DNA from: Eledone cirrhosa
Lineage: Eukaryota
Assembly (NCBI GenBank): GCA_964016885.1
Contig: OZ024749.1
Location: 6,014,001-6,078,000, forward strand
Length of the DNA stretch: 64,000 nucleotides
Direction of reading: 5' to 3'
A program made the translations under genes and the position numbers. The notes below the pieces were generated by a model. The model searched no databases. It was not told the DNA's origin and worked only from the letters and a program-made list of their open reading frames with translations. Positions 25,997 to 38,870 of this stretch are shown one piece after another. Every line of letters starts with the position of its first letter. Position 1 is the stretch's first letter.

Positions 25997-26190
25997 CAAA
26001 GAAGGTGTGGTAAGATACCAGGTGGACTATAATGCACCAGAGTACTCAATACTTAGGGTAGTAGAGTGGGTAATAGGAAAGAGTCAGGACCCCTATGGCT
26101 GAGCTCCAGCCGTGTCAACAGCTAGATCCGAAATAAGCCACCAGTATGAGAACGGCAGGAATTTAGCTGGAATCTGTTAAAGCTGCCCTA
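25995..26190 (-). mobile_element. Penelope-type tail/terminal fragment (28910 family)
   Basis: Homologous to 28910-29040 (gtggtaag..ccaggtggac.ataa.gcacca.agtactcaatactt). Confidence 0.6.
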
Positions 26191-27796
26191 TCAAGCACAT
26201 AACAAGTATGTATGTGTGTGAATATGTATATAGTACTGATTGTAAATGAGGTTGGTGCTAGGAAGGGCATATTGCTGTAGAAACCAAGCCAGAATCATTT
26301 CTGTATAAGGAAGACATGGCCACCTGACCTGGCATTGCTCACAACAGGATAACTTATCTAACCCATGCCAGTTTGAAAAAATGAACGTTAAACGATGATG
26401 ATGATGACAATGATGAGGATATGTGTGTGGGAGTGTGTGCACATGTTAGTGGGTGGGTGTGTTTATATAAGAGATGCTGCAAACATCATACTGACACCAC
26501 TTAAATATAATAAATGAATAGATAAATAAATAAACACCTCCAATGGTTAAATTGTTTATGTCCCTCATAAGCTATATACCCACTTGTGCAGTGTTACAAA
26601 GAACCTTAGCACTGCTAAGCTACTTTCAGTTCCTCATCTTTATATTGCTAACTTTTGTACAAAACCCAATAAAGAGTATTTGTCAGAGTGAAAGTCATAA
26701 AGATGGTTATATTTTTTACAAGACCCAGGACTGTGTATTTGCAGAGAAGTGAGGTTATATAGCTAATTATATTTGTACAAAACCCAATGGAATCAAAATG
26801 AATTGGTATCAGAACATTGTGCAAGGCCTATAACTGATGAACAAGGAATGGAGAGATGTATTTGCCTTGGCTGGGGTCAGGGCCGGCTGGATTGCCCTAT
26901 CTACTCAAGATATGAGAGCTTCTAAGTCTCAATCTAAATAAGTTTTTCTGGAATACTCTGCCACTTAATATGGTAAATCCAACTTAATATGCTAACACCA
27001 ACTTTTGTGTAATCATAATATTTGAAATAAACATACATGAAAAATGAGATGCAAAACTGATAGCATTTTAACATGTTTTATTTTTCAATTATTCTTCACG
27101 TGATAATGGTAGAGCTTAAGTTCAAGAGATCCTTCAAACTATCCAAAATGTCATTGCACTTCCAAGAGGTCATTGATTGGATCATATATAGTTTTTTGTT
27201 TCTTTTTTTGGATTTTATGTATTTTTGATATCTTTTAAACTTTTATTTGGATATCTTTGGGGCTATATTTTAGATTTTTTATATCTTCAAATAATTCATT
27301 GCATTAACACTTAACCATCATGCAATTCAAACTTTAAGTTGTTTCACATTGTAACAAAAATATAAAAAGACAATTTCTACTTCTTATCGGTAATTCTAGA
27401 GTTGTTTTAAAGAAATGCAAATCCAATTTCCCTTGTAATTATGTAAGCCCCAGAACATGTATGTTAGATATAATTATATTCTACTGGTTACCAAATGTAG
27501 CCATATAATAGCTGAAACTTCCAAGGTAATAACAATATATTGTTAATGAAAATACAATGTTGTCTCTGATCAAGACGAAGAGAGAGTATATTTCAAAACA
27601 TATAAAAATGAGAAAACTTATCACTAGAATGACCGTTAAAAATAGTTTAAATGCTGTCAAAGACAGCAATGGGTAAACATGCCTCAGAGGACAGAGACCA
27701 ACAGCCAGTGGTCAACAGAGAGACAATCCACAAGGTGAGTGACAGGTAGATGAAATATAGAAAAGATTGAAAGAGGAGGAAGATAAGGAGTTGGTG

Positions 27797-28545
27797 CATA
27801 GAGTAAAACTAGGGTACTCCTGCGCTAAGAATATGAAGGCCCACATCACCAACAGCCCTAAGAGCAACACCCCCACCAGGGTGCTTTTGCCGAAAGCCTG
27901 AAGCTTGTCCCCTTCAACAGCAATGCAACACACTCGCCATAGTTTATGAAGCTGTGGTCACTTCCGACCGACCAAATCAACAACAGGGGGTCAGGCAGAG
28001 GGCCGATTTAAGGAACGCTTCCTGAACCATCAGTCGACCTTTAGGTACCCGGACAAATGATCATCCACGAAACTCGCGAGCCATGTATGGTCCCTCAAGG
28101 ACTCAAGTATAAACTACTCCATTCAATGGAAAGCCATCACTAAGTCCAAGCCATACGCAAGGGGCAATCCATCCTGTGGACTGTGTATTGATGAACGGAT
28201 AAATATTCTAAAGAGATTATGCAAAAGTGATTGCCTAAACACGAGAAATTAATTCTTCTCACGTTGTCCACATGTCTGCAAACACCTCTTACATAACTAC
28301 AAAGCTCCGGATTGAAAAACAACAACATCCTAATTTTCTTATCAACTGGAAACTTTCAGACTTTCGCAGTTATCACCCTTTCACTGCGCGCACACAGTTT
28401 TGTATTGCCTGGGTGAAGTGACTGTTCCTGCACATGCGCGTTCATACAGTTGTCCTTCCTGTTCCATATAACCATGTCCATTACGAGCTGAAGATCCGCT
28501 AATGTGAAACAATTGTTTTCAGTATGGTGAACTAACTGTTGTGTT
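27797..28545 (+). pseudogene. Degenerate Penelope-like element 3' part: GIY-YIG endonuclease remnant, terminal repeat and hammerhead-like motif (28483-28525)
   Basis: Manual translation HRVKLGYSCAKNMKAHIT..GCFCRKPEACPLQQQCNTLAIVYEAVV..(frameshift)..GRFKERFLNHQSTFRY..TKLASHVWSLK..IQWK..PY..CGLCIDE..LNTRN*FFSRCPH; then CTGAAGA..GAAAC-AATT-GTT; ends at (TA)n. Confidence 0.75.
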
Positions 28546-28549
28546 ACCA

Positions 28550-28580
<31 letters not shown>

Positions 28581-28584
<4 letters not shown>

Positions 28585-28793
28585 TAGGTAGTAACATGTG
28601 CTTACACCGTATTTGACTAAATAGAATTAGTCTGTTAGTTGGGATTTTAAAAAACCCTCTGAATGGAAAAAAAGGGATGAGTATTGATGTATCCACATAT
28701 TTGGTTTGCCATCTTCCGTGCCCCATGTACGTCAATTCTTATCCTTTTTTTTCCATTCAGAGGGTTTTTTAAGTACATGTTACTACCTAATTT
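28581..28793. repeat. Interrupted inverted repeat, probably another Penelope-type end
   Basis: Outer arms aaattaggtagtaacatgt / acatgttactacctaattt; inner arms aaaaaaccctctgaatggaaaaaaa / ttttttccattcagagggtttttt. Confidence 0.65.
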
Positions 28794-28878
28794 TCAAATT
28801 CGCTAACTGTTTCTGAACAAAGCCTGCTTTGTGTCTCCCTATTTATGCACACACGCACACAGACACACACACACATAT

Positions 28879-28909
<31 letters not shown>

Positions 28910-29099
28910 ACGAAGGAAATGTGGTAAGGAACCAGGTGGACCATAACGCACCAAAGTACTCAATACTTGAGGTAGTAGAGTGGATAATAGGAACCAGTAA
29001 GACCCCGACAGCTGAGCTCAAGCCGTTTCGACGGCTAATTCTGGACTCAGAATTAGCCGTCGAAACGGCTTGAGCTCAGCTGTCGGGGTCTTACTGGTT

Positions 29100-29104
<5 letters not shown>
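28910..29104. mobile_element. Palindromic Penelope-type mini-element
   Basis: 57-bp perfect arms (28987-29043 / 29048-29104) with a 4-nt loop; contains gtcGAAACggc; one-sided tail; (TA)n on both sides. Confidence 0.65.
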
Positions 29105-29161
<57 letters not shown>

Positions 29162-29164
<3 letters not shown>

Positions 29165-29563
29165 TCATCATTTTACGTCCGCTTTTTCCATGCTTACAAG
29201 GGTGGGACGGGAACTGATTCTGGGTTGATTTCTACAGCTGGATGCCCTTCCTAACACCAACCTCATTTACAGTGAGTGCTGGGTGCTTTTTTGCCGTGGC
29301 TCCTACATGACCACTTTGCAGTGGAATGATAAGGACCCCAGTCCCTATCATCTCATTTCTACAGCTGAGTAAACTGGAGCAATGTGAAATAAAGTGTCTT
29401 GCTCAAGGAAACAACACATCACCTGGTCTGAGAATTGAACTCACAACCTTTCGATTGCAAGGCCAATACTCTATGGCTTAGTGGTTAGAGCATTGGCCAT
29501 TGGCCTTGCAATCGAAAGGTTGTGAGTTCAATTCTCAGACCAGGTGAGCAAGACACTTTATTT

Positions 29564-29567
<4 letters not shown>
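29162..29567 (-). mobile_element. Family A SINE (minus, 29162-29472) abutted head-to-head by a rearranged plus-strand head (29473-29567)
   Basis: Reverse complement of the 25625 element, then tggcttagtggttagagcattggcc...caagacactttatttcac. Confidence 0.85.
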
Positions 29568-29599
<32 letters not shown>

Positions 29600-30190
29600 A
29601 ATCAAACTCACAACCTCACAATTGTGAATCTAACTCTTTAGTCAGTAGGCCATTGCACCTTGACATATACACACATATACATACATATATATATGTACAT
29701 ACAAACATTCTACACATTATATATAATAATATGAGAAGGTATAAGTTAAGGTGATGCAGTCAATATCTCTGTTGATATATAGTTCACGAGGTTGTTTAAG
29801 GTATGAAATACTTTGTATTAAAATTGCCTGTATTGTATGTATAATGTGAAAATACTCTTATATACTTTAAATAAGACACTATGACTAAATTACAATAGTA
29901 ATGTTTCCCCATCTGTGAAAAAGCAGTAAAGATTTCACATATAAACTCTTTTAAAATCGATAAATAGAGAGAGGATATCACTGTTCGAGTTATTCTCGAA
30001 AAGTTTTAAGTGTCTCTGGAATAAAATGAAAATTCACCTCATATGAATAATGATTTCTTTATTTTAACAACAACAACAACAGCAATATTAATAATAGTGA
30101 ACATATATTTGGGAGGAAAATATTTGTATCATTGTTGTTCTGAAATCTGTATTGATGTATAATATATTCATCATCATCATCATTGTTATT

Positions 30191-30225
<35 letters not shown>

Positions 30226-30441
30226 CACCGCATGGGAACAATGGATCGTGTTGATGTATGTTACAGGTTCCCTTGAAACACTGACTATATATTTGTATGT
30301 GTTAATGTGTGTTACTATATATATATGTGTGTGTATATACACACATAAATACTATGTATTTATGTGTGTATATTTATGTATATGTATATACACACATAAA
30401 TACTATGTATTTATGTGTGTATATTTATGTACATACATTAT

Positions 30442-30481
<40 letters not shown>

Positions 30482-30589
30482 ATATTATACACACATATAT
30501 ATATGATATAATATATATATATCATATATACATATATATATCATATATATATATATATATCATATAATATACATATATATATATTTATA

Positions 30590-30650
<61 letters not shown>

Positions 30651-30682
30651 ATATACATATATTATATATATATATATATATA

Positions 30683-30735
<53 letters not shown>

Positions 30736-30810
30736 GATATAACATACATATATATATATATATAATATAATATACATATATATATATATATAATATAATA
30801 TACATATATA

Positions 30811-32963
30811 TCATCATCATCATCATCAACGTTTAACGTCCGTGTTCCACGCTTGCATGGGTTTGGACGGGGGTAGTCCCACTTGAGGCAAGAGTGATTG
30901 TCTTGCTCGCATAGGACTGTCTGGCAGGTTTTCTACAGTTGGATGCCCTTCCTAACACCAACCACATTTACAGTGTGGGTCTGGGAGGTTTTTACCGTGT
31001 TGCCTACACGGCCACATTACAGCGTGGACTGTGTGTTTTTTTGTCGTGACACCTACACGATCTCATTTGTTTCGGCCCGGATGGCGCGGCACCAACATAA
31101 CTTTACATAGGACGGGGTGGTGTGGATGGGGTGGGGGTGGTGGTGGTGGGACGGGGTGTATTTTGTTAGAGATGCCTACTGGCAAGGCGGGTCTTCTCTG
31201 TTACTGAGTACCGCCAAAGGTCTCGGTCCAGTGACATTGTCTTGGAGAGGTGTAAGTGTGTGAGGTCGGAGTTTATCAGCTCGTCCCAGGTTTTTCTAGG
31301 TCTGCCTATTCCGTGGCTACCGTCTATCTTTATTGCCCTGCACTTTGTTATACAGCTATCGACTTTCATGCGCATCACGTGTCCATACCAACGTAGCCTT
31401 CTCTCGAGTAAACAACATCTGATCCCTCTTATCTCTAATTTTTTCCTTAGTTCGTTTATGCTTTGCCGTTCACGTATATTACTGTTACACATCCAGCGGA
31501 GCATGCAAGCTTCGTTCCTCTCTAGTCTGCGTATATCCTCTGCACACAATGCCCAGGTCTCACTGCCATGCAACATTGCTGTTCGTATGCAGGCATCGTA
31601 CAACCTGCCTTTCATTTTTAGGGAGAACCCTTTAGCAGCTAATAGTGGTATAAGCTCTCTGAACTTTTTCCAACCAGTTCTGACTCTAGCTACAGTACTT
31701 TCAGAGCACCCTCCCCCACTGCTGATTTTATCGCCCAGGTAACGGAAGCTGTCCACTATTTCTATAGAACCCTCTGCGCAATTGAAAGAGCTAGTATTGT
31801 GTGGGCACTTGCTGCTACTTATTGCACCAGAACACCGGCCACATGTAAAATCTATGTTCTTAGTTAGCTTACCTGTGATCCCACTACATCTTTTATGCAC
31901 CCATACTTTGCATTTAGGACACAAAATGGAGTTTCTACCTACGCCTTTCCTACACACCGAGCACGACCATTTCCCAGAAGGGACCGCCGCCTTGTTTTCT
32001 TTCCTACAAACTAGAACTTTGGTCTTAGCCAGGTTAATTTTAAGTCCTTTTGACTCTAGGCCGTGCTTCCATGTTTGGAATTTCTTCTCTAGCTCGGCCA
32101 TTGATTCCGCTATGAGTGTCAGGTCGTCTGCGTATAGGAGTTCCCATGGGCAGCCTGTCTTGAACTCCTCTGTTATAGCCTGAAGGGCAATAATAAATAG
32201 TAGGGGGCTGAGAACAGAGCCCTGATGGACGCCAACTTTTACGCTAAACTCTTCACTATATTCGTTGTTAATTCTAACCTTGCTGACTGTTTCTTTATAC
32301 ATGGCTTGTATAGCCCTCACAAGCCATTCGTCAACGCCTAGTTTTCTAAGAGCCCACCAGATAATGGAGCGGGGGACTCTGTCGAAGGCTTTCTCCAAGT
32401 CGACAAAAGCTAAGTAGAGGGGTTTACCTTTAGCTAGGTACTTCTCCTGTAGTTGTCGTACTATGAAAAGAGCGTCTGTGGTACTTTTGCCTGACACAAA
32501 CCCGAACTGCATTTCATCTAGGTCAATTCTCTCTCTGATTAGTTGCGCTATTACTTTTTCTGTGACCTTCATGACCTGGTCGATTAATTTAATGCCTCTA
32601 TAGTTACTCCTATCTAGGGCGTCTCCTTTACCCTTATAACAGTTAACGATGATGCTGCTATGCCAGTCCTTCGGAACAGCCCCATTCTGTACGACTTGGT
32701 TAACTATGCGGGTGACCATGGTGTGTCCCACCGTGCCAGATGCCTTCAGCATCTCAGCAACTATTTCCGAAGGCCCAGCCGCCTTACCTGTCTTCATATC
32801 CTTGATTGCCTTACTTATTATACTCCCCTCGACTAACACTGCTGGTCCCTCTATTGGGTCGACATGGGGGAGACTGTCTTTCTCCCATTTATTCTCCTCA
32901 TTTAGTAGCCTTTCATAGTGACACTTCCAAGCTGCCTTCTTATCAGTGTCGGTGATGGCAAGT

Positions 32964-32968
<5 letters not shown>
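30811..32968 (-). mobile_element. RTE-clade LINE, 5'-truncated, inserted in (TA)n
   Basis: Open RT ORF plus a 355-bp 3' UTR ending in (ATG)n. Confidence 0.95.
31166..32968 (-). CDS. RTE LINE ORF fragment: reverse transcriptase, PHD-type finger and C-terminal RWYGHV / GRPRKTW region (no true start; endonuclease domain missing)
   Basis: Motifs [42 protein letters not shown]; about 600 uninterrupted codons. Confidence 0.93.
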
Positions 32969-33014
<46 letters not shown>

Positions 33015-33074
33015 GATATAACATACATATATATATATAATATAATATACATATATATATATATATATAATATA

Positions 33075-33126
<52 letters not shown>

Positions 33127-33642
33127 GATATAACATACATATATATATATATGATATAACATACATATATATATATATGATATAACATACATATATATAT
33201 ATATGTATATGATATCATATATATATATATATGTATATGATATCATATATACATATATATATATGATATTATATATATATATATATATATATACAAGCAG
33301 GGAAGTGCGGACGTAAGATGATGATGATAATGACGACTATGAACATAATTCCCGCTATAAAATCTTACTAACAAATGTTTTGTATGATTTGTATAAAAGT
33401 ATTAAACACAATCTTATAATAATGCAGCATAATACTAAAACTTAACTACGGTAGTCATACAACCACACAGTAACTCAACTGATTTTATTTACCACATACA
33501 GTTGAATCTGTGTGTGTATATATACATATATATGTATATGTGTGTGTGTGTAAAAATATATATGTACAATATATATATATATGTACAATATATATATATA
33601 TATATGTACAATATGTATGTATATATATATACGATATATATG

Positions 33643-33689
<47 letters not shown>

Positions 33690-33692
<3 letters not shown>

Positions 33693-34141
33693 AATATCTT
33701 TAAGTCGTTTGGAAGCCTCGACAATGCAAATGGGTAAATCTCCGGATAACAAGATCCGGTGGTGGAGAGAGAGATGTAAGTGGGTGTACGTTGATATGCG
33801 TGGTGTGTAAAGATGTGTAAATGTGTAGAAGAAAGAAGGGAAGAGTATAAAGGATGAAATAAAAATAACAACACAAGAGAGAGTTACCTTGGGAGAGATT
33901 TAATAGTCCCTATATATTTTGGATTCACATCCATCAACTGGGGTTTTTTCCGGGGTAAAGGTTGTCTGTCGGACAGGTGCGAAACGCGTCCTCCGCTGTT
34001 TGTTGTTTTGAATATCTGAGGTATCCGGCAGAGCGCGCGTGCGCGTGAAATGGGGTCGGTCGGGCAGAGGTCAGCGGCCGAATGAGGGAGTGGGGTGGCG
34101 CTAGCTGTCAGTCCATTCTCTGCCTGTTTGTTAAATGTTAC

Positions 34142-34172
<31 letters not shown>

Positions 34173-36000
34173 GTTATCTCGCTTGAGTGTGTGTGTGCGT
34201 GTGTTGTTGCCTTGTTCCTCTGTATTGGCAGTGTAGTATGTTCGTATGGTGGAATGCTACTGTGTGTGTGTGTGTGTGTGTGTAGTGGCTCATTTGTGTG
34301 TGCGTGTGTTGTGTGTAGCTACATCGTTTGTTAACTTAAACCAGCCATCTCATTTCGCTTCTCTCTAATCGGTTGTTTATTTGCGGTTGCAGGCGTTTGA
34401 TAAAAAGCGCTTCCTTGAAACGTGCCAACGTTTCTTTCAGTCGCTAGAATTGTGACAACAGGCCTTCCGTCTTTGTTTCCGCATTTGTCTATGTGTTTCC
34501 GGAAAGACGAGGCCCTGGTTTTAGTGTGTTCCTTGATCCGGATGTGCAAAGGTCGAATTGTGCTACCTATGTAGTATTGGTTGCACTTGTCACATTCTAT
34601 CTTATACACGACGTATGCGCGTAGGCAACAGTTCGCATGGCGTATCGGGCAGTCTCTGAGGGAGCATGCGTCAGTAGATTTCCCGGATTTCTTGGAGAGG
34701 CATCTTCGCAGGGAGAGGCCCGAGTGGGCCAGGTGGATGTCGAGGCCCTCCCTCCGTATAGCCTTACGGATAGCGTTGGTGGTTTTCTCGCCCAGGTGTG
34801 GCATTTTAAGGAAGCACTTGCCTTGGGTGCCTCTCTGTCTCTTGTGTCTGGTGTCTCCTATTCTGTCTGTGATCGAGCTAGGGTACCCGTTCGTCTCCAG
34901 CACCTCGAGGAATCGCTTGGTATGAGTGACACCACTCGCAGGATCGCTGCATCTGTTTTTGATTCGCGCGACCTCGTTCGTGATGTATCCTCTTTTGGCA
35001 CTGTTAGGGAGGGCGGTCTTGTAGTGAACGAACAGGTGCCTGCAGGCTGCCTTTCGGTAGAAGTTGCAGTGGATCCTTCCTTGTTCCATGATGTTGATTC
35101 GGAAGTCGAGGAGGGCAAGTGACCCGTCTTCGTTGGGGTGTTCAACACTGAAGTCAATGTTCTCGTCCGTGTTGTTGAACGTCTCATAGATTCTGTTCGC
35201 CGTGTCTTGGGAAGATGTGAGGATGAGGATATCGTCCACGTATCTTGAGAAAAAGGCTACGGTGTTGGGGTGGCAGGCGTTGAGTGCCTTGTGTTCGAGG
35301 TTGTCCATGTAGGAGAATGCTAGCACACCTGATAGGCTTGATCCCATGGGCAATCCCGAGGTTTGTTGGTATGGTTGGTCAAGAATCCGAAGTAGGTGTT
35401 GTCGACGACGATGGATAGGAGTTGGTGGATGTCAGTGGTGGTGAGCCCGAAGCAGTGTAGGTCGGTGGATTGGACGCGTTCCATCAGTATATTGACGGCC
35501 GGGAGTGCCGGGACCGAGGTGTAGAAAGCGACTACATCAAGGCTGAAGGCATATCTGTTATTCCTTCTGGTGTCGGGATCCATTTGATGCAGGCGCTTCA
35601 ACACCTCCTCGGAGCTGTTAACGTGTCCTGGCATGGTGTCTAAGATGGGTTTGAGTATTCTGGCTAGGAGCCATGAAATTTTGTAGAGTGGTCCCTCCAC
35701 GCTCGATACGATGGGCCTGATCTTCAGGTCGGGTCCCTGTTTGTGTGTTTTGACGAGGTGGTAGAAGGCGGGTAGTCTGCTGTTCCTCATGAGGAGGTTG
35801 CATCTCAGCTTCTTCGGGAGCTTCCGCCGGTCACAGATGTTGGTCCAGGCGGTGTTTTGGAAAGCTGGTGTACGTAGGCTTACTGGTAAGCGGATGTTCC
35901 TGATGGTGTTGGGGATGACATCGTTTTTTAGGCAGCGTTTCAGGAAAATAATTTGACAGCCAGCGTTGGCCCATTTCTCCGACAGTCTAAACAGTTCAAA
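33690..36000 (-). mobile_element. Penelope-like retroelement (RT + C-terminal GIY-YIG; Naiad-like by motif), frameshifted and internally deleted, with 3' terminal repeat
   Basis: LPAFYHLVKTHK, RPIVS, SLDVVAFYTSVP, GLPMGS, RYVDD, VVYKIECDKCNQYYIGST..RIKEH; frameshifts near 35380 and 34420; degenerate hammerhead at 33908-33943; (TA)n on both sides. Confidence 0.93.
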
Positions 36001-36044
36001 TATATATATGTATATATATATATATATATATGAGTATAAGTGGT

Positions 36045-36318
36045 GGTATGAGGCCTAGTGGTAAGGGTGTTGGACTTACGATCATAATGCGGTGGGTTTG
36101 ATTCCTGGGTTGCGTGTTGTGTTCTTGAGAAAAACACTTCATTTCACGTTGCTCCAGTATACTCAGCTGAAAATGAGTACCAACAATAGCTGGGGTTTAA
36201 CTCTGTGATGGACTAGCATCCTGTCCAGAGGAGAGTCTTGTACTCTCAGTCGCTTCATGCCATAAAACCAGGATAACGACTGGCCAAATGAGCCTGCTAG
36301 CTTAAGTAAGACTTTAGA

Positions 36319-36320
<2 letters not shown>
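36045..36320 (+). mobile_element. tRNA-derived SINE with a family A-like head/core and a different tail
   Basis: ggcctagtggtaaggg..ggtttgattcc..gttcttgagaaaaacacttcatttcacgttgctccagt, then gatggactagcatcctgtccag. Confidence 0.7.
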
Positions 36321-36363
<43 letters not shown>

Positions 36364-36667
36364 CAATTTAGGAAAGTTGGTCGATCAGATAATCCATCAC
36401 AAACAGATGTAAAGCACTCTATGATTTGTATTCCTTGGAATGTTATCGATAAGGTATCAACTACTATATGACTACTGGATTGGAATGTAAACACAACCAT
36501 AACCGAGGAAACATATCAAAAACAAAAAGACCACAAATTTCAACTTCTGTGAAGTTATTATGAAAGTTATCATCAGAAAGTTATTATGCAACCATGTTTT
36601 TGAAATAAGTATAACAAAATTATGTAATAAATCCAGGATGTACACATAAACTGTCTCTCTTTATAAT

Positions 36668-38670
36668 ATATGGATGTGCAATGTCAATGTGCGTGAATGA
36701 CCAGGCATAGATGAGTTGAGAGAGAAACTGTGTATAAGAGGGATAAGTTGTAGTGTGCGGGAGAGAAGACTGCAATGGTATGGACATGTGATGTGCATGG
36801 AGGATGACCGCTGGGTAAATAAGTGCCTAAAAATCCCAGTAGAAGGAAGATGCAGTAGAGAAAAACCACGAGAAACATGGGTGGAAGTGGCGAGAGCAGA
36901 CCTCAGATCGCTGAAGCTCATCAAGGAGATGACGAAGGACCATGACAAGTGGAGAGATGATGTGCTGAATAGGACCTGTTCAACCCTTGCAAGCAGGGAA
37001 AAGTATCTAGCTAAAAGTAAACCACTCTACTTAGCTTATATAGACCTGGAGAAAGCCTTTGACAGAGTCCCCCGCTCCATTATCTGGTATGCTCTTAGAA
37101 AACTAGGTGTAGATGAATGGCTTGTGAGAGCTATACAAGCGATGTATAAAGAACATTCAGTAAGGTTAGAATTCACAATGAATATTGTGAAGAATTTAGT
37201 GTAAAAGTTGGTGTTCATCAAGGCTCTGTCCTTCGCCCCTTCCTATTTATTATTGCCCTTCAGGCTATAACAGAGGAGTTTAAGACTGGCTTCCCATGGG
37301 AACTCCTATATGCAGATGATGTAACTCTCATGGCTGAATATATGGCTGAACTAGAGAAGAAATGCCAAACATAAATGCATGGCCTAGAATCAAAAGGCCT
37401 TAAAGTTAACTTGTTTAATACTAAAGTTCTAGTTTGTAGAAAGGAAAATAGGGCACAGGTGCCCACAGGGATATGGTCATGCTCAGTGTGTAGGAAACAA
37501 GTAGGATGAAATTCTATTTTAAGTTCCAAATGCAAACTATGGCTACATAAAAGATGTAGTGGGATCACCGGTAAACTATCTAAGAACATAGATTTATATG
37601 TGGCCAATGCTCAGGTGCAATAAGTAGCAAGTGCACACAGGATACTAGCTCCTTCTATTGCCCAGATGCCAGATGGTTCTATAGAAATAGTGGACACTTT
37701 CCGTTACCTGGGTGACAAAATCAGCAGTGGTGGAGGGTGCTCTGAAAGTACAGTAGCTAGAGTCAGAACAGGATGGAAAAAGTTCAAAGAGCTTATACCG
37801 CTGTTGGCCACAAAAGGTTTCTCTCTAAAAATGAAAGGCAGATTGTATGATGCTTGTATACGAACAGCAATCTACATGGTAGTGAGACATGGGCATTGTG
37901 TGCAGAGGACCTGCGCAAACTGGAAAAAACTAAGCATGCATGCTCCGTTGGATATGTCATAGTAATATACGTGAATATGAATGAACTAAGTGAGAAATTA
38001 GGAATAAGAGGGATCAGATGCTGTTTACTTGAGAGAAGACTACATTGGTATGGTCACATGATGCGCATGAAAGATGACAGCTGTATAAAAAAGTGCAGGG
38101 CGACCAAAATTGATGGAAGTTACGGAGTAGGCAGACCCTGAAAAACCTGGGACGATTTGATAAATTCCGACCTTACACACTTACACCTCTCTAAGACAAT
38201 GTAACTGGACCGAGATCTTTGGCGCTATGCAGTAATAGAAAGAAGACCCGCCTTGCCTATGTACAAAGCAACACCTAGACTCAGGTACATCTTAACCAAA
38301 TATACACCCCAATCTACTACCCTTAGTCCATCTTCCCACTCCCACCAACACCACCTTTTCTCTGTAAAGTAGGTACCACAACATCCAGTCCAAATAAATG
38401 AGATAATGAGATCGAGATCGTGTAGGTGTCACAACAAAAAAACACACAGTCCATGCTGTAATGTGGCCGTGTAGGTAACACGGTAAACAGTTCCCAGTTC
38501 CACATGGTAAAGGTGGTTGGTGTTAGGAAGGGCATCCAGCCGTAGAAAACCTGCCAGATAGTCCTATGCGAGTGAAACACGGTCACCCGACCAACCTTGC
38601 CTCAAGTGGGACAACTCCCGTCTAACCCATGCTAGCGTGGAAGATGAACATTAAACGATGATGATGATGG
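36668..38670 (+). pseudogene. Chimeric degenerate RTE LINE: 3' end of one subfamily (36668-37003) fused to the mid-RT-to-tail part of another (36994-38670)
   Basis: RLQWYGHV..KPRETW and the cccttgcaagcaggga tail are followed directly by EKYLAK..DLEKAFD..YADD..YLGD, with stops and frameshifts relative to 31166-32968. Confidence 0.9.
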
Positions 38671-38729
38671 TTATTATATATATATATATTTGTTTGTACT
38701 GCCTCTCTGTTTTGTTCTCGTTCCAATTT

Positions 38730-38771
<42 letters not shown>

Positions 38772-38836
38772 ATTATATATATTAAATATATATTATATAT
38801 TTTATATATATGTATATATATTATGTATATATATAT

Positions 38837-38870
<34 letters not shown>

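Noticed and set aside
26540-26940. Possible coding exon or transposase relic
   Set aside because: Only short frames with stops and no recognisable motif.
32969-33166. N-terminal 66 aa and ATG of the 666-aa ORF; likewise the first 75 or so aa of ORF 18310-19386
   Set aside because: Read-through into flanking microsatellite; the LINEs are 5'-truncated.
34331-36000. Selenoprotein-type Penelope (UGA read-through)
   Set aside because: The reading frames have no in-frame TGA at Cys positions, the breaks are frameshifts, and I saw no clear SECIS.
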